Origin: a phage
Sequence record: PZ386980.1
DNA: 64,000 nucleotides
Direction: 5' to 3' (one strand)
The position numbers and the translations under genes were made by a program. Below are positions 61,801 to 64,000 of this stretch, piece after piece. Under the pieces are notes generated by a model that did not search any database, had not been told where the DNA came from, and saw only the letters and a program-made list of their open reading frames with translations. Every line of letters begins with the position of its first letter. Within the stretch, counting starts at the first letter, position 1.

Positions 61801-61904
61801 CAACATTTGCGCAATTTAGAGATTTAGTTAATAAACGTCTAAAAGACAATATAGGAAATCCAAGAGACCCTGAAAATCCAACACAGGTTAAAATAGATGA
61901 ATGA
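58806..61904 (+). CDS. 7: baseplate wedge initiator
   Basis: 1032 aa. Confidence 0.9.
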   Translation: MTVKAPSVTSLRISKLSANQVQVRWDDVGANFYYFVEIAETKSNSGENLPSNQYRWINLGYTANNSFFFDDADPLTSYIIRVATAAQDFEQSDWIYTEEFETFATNAYTFQNMIEMQLANKFIQEKFTLNNSNYVNFNNDTIMAALMNESFQFSPSYADVSSISNFIIGENEYHEIQGSIQQVCKDINRVYLMESEGILYLFERYQPVVKVSNDKGQTWKAVKLFNDRVGYPLSKTVYYQSANTTYVLGYDKIFYGRKSTDVRWSADDVRFSSQDITFAKLGDQLHLGFDVEIFATYATLPANVYRIAEAITCTDDYIYVVARDKVRYIKTSNAPIDSDPLSPTYSERLFEPDTMTITGNPKAVCYKMDSIGDKVFALIIGEVETLNANPRTSKIIDSADKGIYVLNQDTKTWKRVFGNTEEERRRIQPGYANMSTDGKLVSLSSSNFKFLSDNVVNDPETAVKYQLIGAVKYEFPREWLADKHYHMMAFIADEKSDWETFTPQPMKYYAEPFFNWSKKSNTRCWINNSDKAVVVYADLKYTKVIENIPETSPDRLVHEYWDDGDCTIVMPNVKFTGFKKYASGMLFYKSSGEIISYYDFNYRVRDTVEIIWKPTEVFLKAFLQNQERETPWSPEEERGLADPDLRPLIGTMMPDSYLLQDSNFEAFCEAYIQYLSDGYGTQYNNLRNLIRNQYPREEHAWEYLWSEIYKRNIYLNADKRDAVARFFESRSYDFYSTKGIEASYKFLFKVLYNEEVEIEIESGAGTEYDVIIQSDSLTEDLVGQTIYTATGRCNVTYIERSYSNGKLQWTVTIHNLLGRLIAGQEVKAERLPGFEGEIIRGVKGKDLLQNNIDYINRSRSYYVMKIKSNLPSSRWKSDVIRFVHPVGFGFIAITLLTMFINVGLTLKHTETIINKYKNYKWDSGLPTEYADRVAKLTPTGEIEHDSVTGEAIYEPGPMAGVEYPLPDDYNAENNNSIFQGQLPSERRKLMSPLFDASGTTFAQFRDLVNKRLKDNIGNPRDPENPTQVKIDE

Positions 61905-62901
61905 TTCAAGTGTTATCTATCGTGCGATAGTTACTTCAAAATTTAGAACAGAAAAAATGTTGAATTTTTATAATTCAATTGGAAGTGGTCCGGATAAAAA
62001 CACTATCTTTATCACATTTGGAAGATCAGAACCGTGGTCATCAAATGAAAATGAGGTGGGCTTTGCCCCACCTTATCCTACCGATTCTGTATTAGGTGTA
62101 ACTGACATGTGGACTCATATGATGGGAACAGTAAAAGTTCTTCCATCTATGCTTGATGCAGTTATTCCTCGTCGAGATTGGGGAGATACTAGATATCCGG
62201 ATCCATACACATTTAGAATTAACGATATTGTAGTGTGCAACTCAGCTCCTTACAACGCTACTGAATCAGGCGCGGGATGGTTAGTGTATCGCTGTTTAGA
62301 TGTTCCTGATACTGGAATGTGCTCAATAGCATCTTTAACTAATAAGGATGAATGCCTTAAATTAGGTGGAAAATGGACTCCTTCTGCTAGGTCAATGACT
62401 CCTCCTGAAGGCCGAGGAGATGCTGAAGGAACAATTGAACCCGGCGATGGATATGTATGGGAATATCTTTTTGAGATTCCGCCTGATGTATCTATAAATA
62501 GATGCACGAATGAGTATATTGTAGTTCCTTGGCCTGAGGAATTAAAAGAAGACCCGACTAGATGGGGGTATGAAGATAATCTCACTTGGCAGCAAGATGA
62601 TTTTGGGTTAATTTATCGTGTTAAAGCTAATACAATTCGTTTTAAAGCATATTTAGATTCAGTTTATTTTCCTGAAGCTGCATTGCCGGGAAATAAAGGA
62701 TTTAGACAAATATCGATAATTACAAATCCTCTTGAAGCTAAAGTTCATCCAAATGATCCAAACGTTAAAGCTGAAAAGGATTATTATGATCCTGAAGATT
62801 TAATGAGGCATTCGGGTGAAATGATTTATATGGAAAATAGGCCACCTATTATTATGGCAATGGATCAGACAGAAGAAATCAATATTCTGTTTACATTTTA
62901 A
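61897..62901 (+). CDS. 8: baseplate wedge protein
   Basis: 334 aa. Confidence 0.9.
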   Translation: MNDSSVIYRAIVTSKFRTEKMLNFYNSIGSGPDKNTIFITFGRSEPWSSNENEVGFAPPYPTDSVLGVTDMWTHMMGTVKVLPSMLDAVIPRRDWGDTRYPDPYTFRINDIVVCNSAPYNATESGAGWLVYRCLDVPDTGMCSIASLTNKDECLKLGGKWTPSARSMTPPEGRGDAEGTIEPGDGYVWEYLFEIPPDVSINRCTNEYIVVPWPEELKEDPTRWGYEDNLTWQQDDFGLIYRVKANTIRFKAYLDSVYFPEAALPGNKGFRQISIITNPLEAKVHPNDPNVKAEKDYYDPEDLMRHSGEMIYMENRPPIIMAMDQTEEINILFTF

Positions 62902-62906
62902 ATTAA

Positions 62907-62924
62907 GGGAGCCCATGGGCTCCC
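62907..62924 (+). terminator. hairpin GGGAGCC-catg-GGCTCCC followed by TTTTT
   Basis: Perfect 7-bp stem with T-run, immediately after gene 8 stop. Confidence 0.6.
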
Positions 62925-62932
62925 TTTTTCTT

Positions 62933-62940
62933 TATAAATA
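62933..62940 (+). promoter_or_regulatory. late promoter TATAAATA for gene 9
   Basis: Exact TATAAATA 25 nt upstream of gene 9 ATG. Confidence 0.6.
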
Positions 62941-62964
62941 CTATAAACTCATAAGGAAACCGCT

Positions 62965-63831
62965 ATGTTCATTCAAGAACCAAAGAAATTGATTGATACC
63001 GGCGAAATTGGTAACGCTTCTACTGGTGATATCTTATTCGACGGTGGTAATAAAATTAATAGTGATTTTAACGCAATTTATAACGCGTTTGGCGATCAAC
63101 GTAAAATGGCAGTAGCAAATGGCACTGGAGCTGATGGTCAAATTATCCATGCTACTGGATATTATCAAAAACACTCTATCGCGGAGTACGCAACTCCAGT
63201 AAAAGTTGGCACTAGACATGATATTGATACTTCTACCGTAGGTGTTAAAGTTATCATTGAAAGAGGCGAACTTGGCGACTGCGTTGAATTTATTAACTCG
63301 AATGGATCAATATCAGTTACTAATCCTTTAACGATTCAAGCTATTGATTCAATTAAAGGCGTTTCAGGTAATTTAGTAGTAACTAGTCCATATAGTAAAG
63401 TTACTTTACGTTGTATTTCATCTGATAATTCTACGTCAGTTTGGAATTATTCTATTGAAAGTATGTTTGGGCAAAAGGAATCACCAGCTGAAGGTACATG
63501 GAATATTTCTACATCTGGATCAGTTGACATTCCACTATTTCATCGCACTGAATACAATATGGCTAAATTGCTAGTTACGTGCCAATCAGTAGATGGAAGA
63601 AAAATTAAAACAGCAGAAATAAATATTCTTGTGGATACTGTTAATTCAGAGGTCATTTCTTCTGAATATGCTGTCATGCGAGTTGGGAATGAAACCGAAG
63701 AAGACGAAATCGCTAATATTGCATTTAGTATTAAAGAAAATTACGTAACGGCGACTATAAGTTCTTCAACTGTCGGTATGAGAGCAGCAGTTAAAGTTAT
63801 CGCTACGCAGAAAATCGGGGTGGCTCAATAA
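62965..63831 (+). CDS. 9: baseplate wedge / long tail fiber socket protein
   Basis: 288 aa. Confidence 0.9.
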   Translation: MFIQEPKKLIDTGEIGNASTGDILFDGGNKINSDFNAIYNAFGDQRKMAVANGTGADGQIIHATGYYQKHSIAEYATPVKVGTRHDIDTSTVGVKVIIERGELGDCVEFINSNGSISVTNPLTIQAIDSIKGVSGNLVVTSPYSKVTLRCISSDNSTSVWNYSIESMFGQKESPAEGTWNISTSGSVDIPLFHRTEYNMAKLLVTCQSVDGRKIKTAEINILVDTVNSEVISSEYAVMRVGNETEEDEIANIAFSIKENYVTATISSSTVGMRAAVKVIATQKIGVAQ

Positions 63832-64000
63832 TGAAACAAAATATTAATATCGGTAATGTTGTAGATGATGGTACAGGTGACTACCTGCGTAAAGGTGGTA
63901 TAAAAATAAATGAAAACTTTGATGAGCTTTATTATGAACTCGGTGATGGTAATGTTCCATATTCAGCCGGTGCTTGGAAAACTTATAATGCTTCATCTGG
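63832..64000 (+). CDS. 10: baseplate wedge / short tail fiber attachment protein, N-terminal fragment (continues beyond window)
   Basis: Begins MKQNINIGNVVDDGTGDYLRKGG directly after gene 9 stop. Confidence 0.8.

Overview
This window is a 64-kb stretch of a T4-like (T-even, Tequatrovirus-type) myovirus genome. Identification rests on reading the ORF translations against remembered T4 proteins; no database search was run. From 1 to about 53.6 kb nearly all genes are on the minus strand: dCMP hydroxymethylase (42, partial), DNA polymerase (43), regA, clamp loader 62/44, sliding clamp 45, recombination nuclease 46/47, alpha-glucosyltransferase, late sigma factor 55, anaerobic ribonucleotide reductase nrdD/nrdG, endonuclease VII (49), nrdC, rI, thymidine kinase, regB, denV, lysozyme e, nudE, a cluster of nine tRNAs, 57B/57A and genes 1, 3, 2, 4. 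From 53.7 kb the plus strand carries the late baseplate genes 53, 5, 5.4 (PAAR), 6, 7, 8, 9 and the start of 10. Between the recognisable core genes lie many small early ORFs, punctuated by a dispersed family of early promoters (GTTTAC, 18-nt spacer, TATAAT-like -10) and GC-rich tetraloop hairpin terminators. The accessory content worth a second look includes four homing-endonuclease genes (one disrupted), a four-gene paralogous array of coiled-coil proteins, an AAA+ ATPase / nucleotidyltransferase pair, three internal-protein-like genes with capsid-targeting N-termini, a macro-domain protein, and a tRNA set that differs from the one I remember for T4. No single locus can be proven novel from sequence alone; the paralogous array at 23.7-27.7 kb and the ATPase/nucleotidyltransferase module at 29.8-31.9 kb are the best candidates for an undescribed system.
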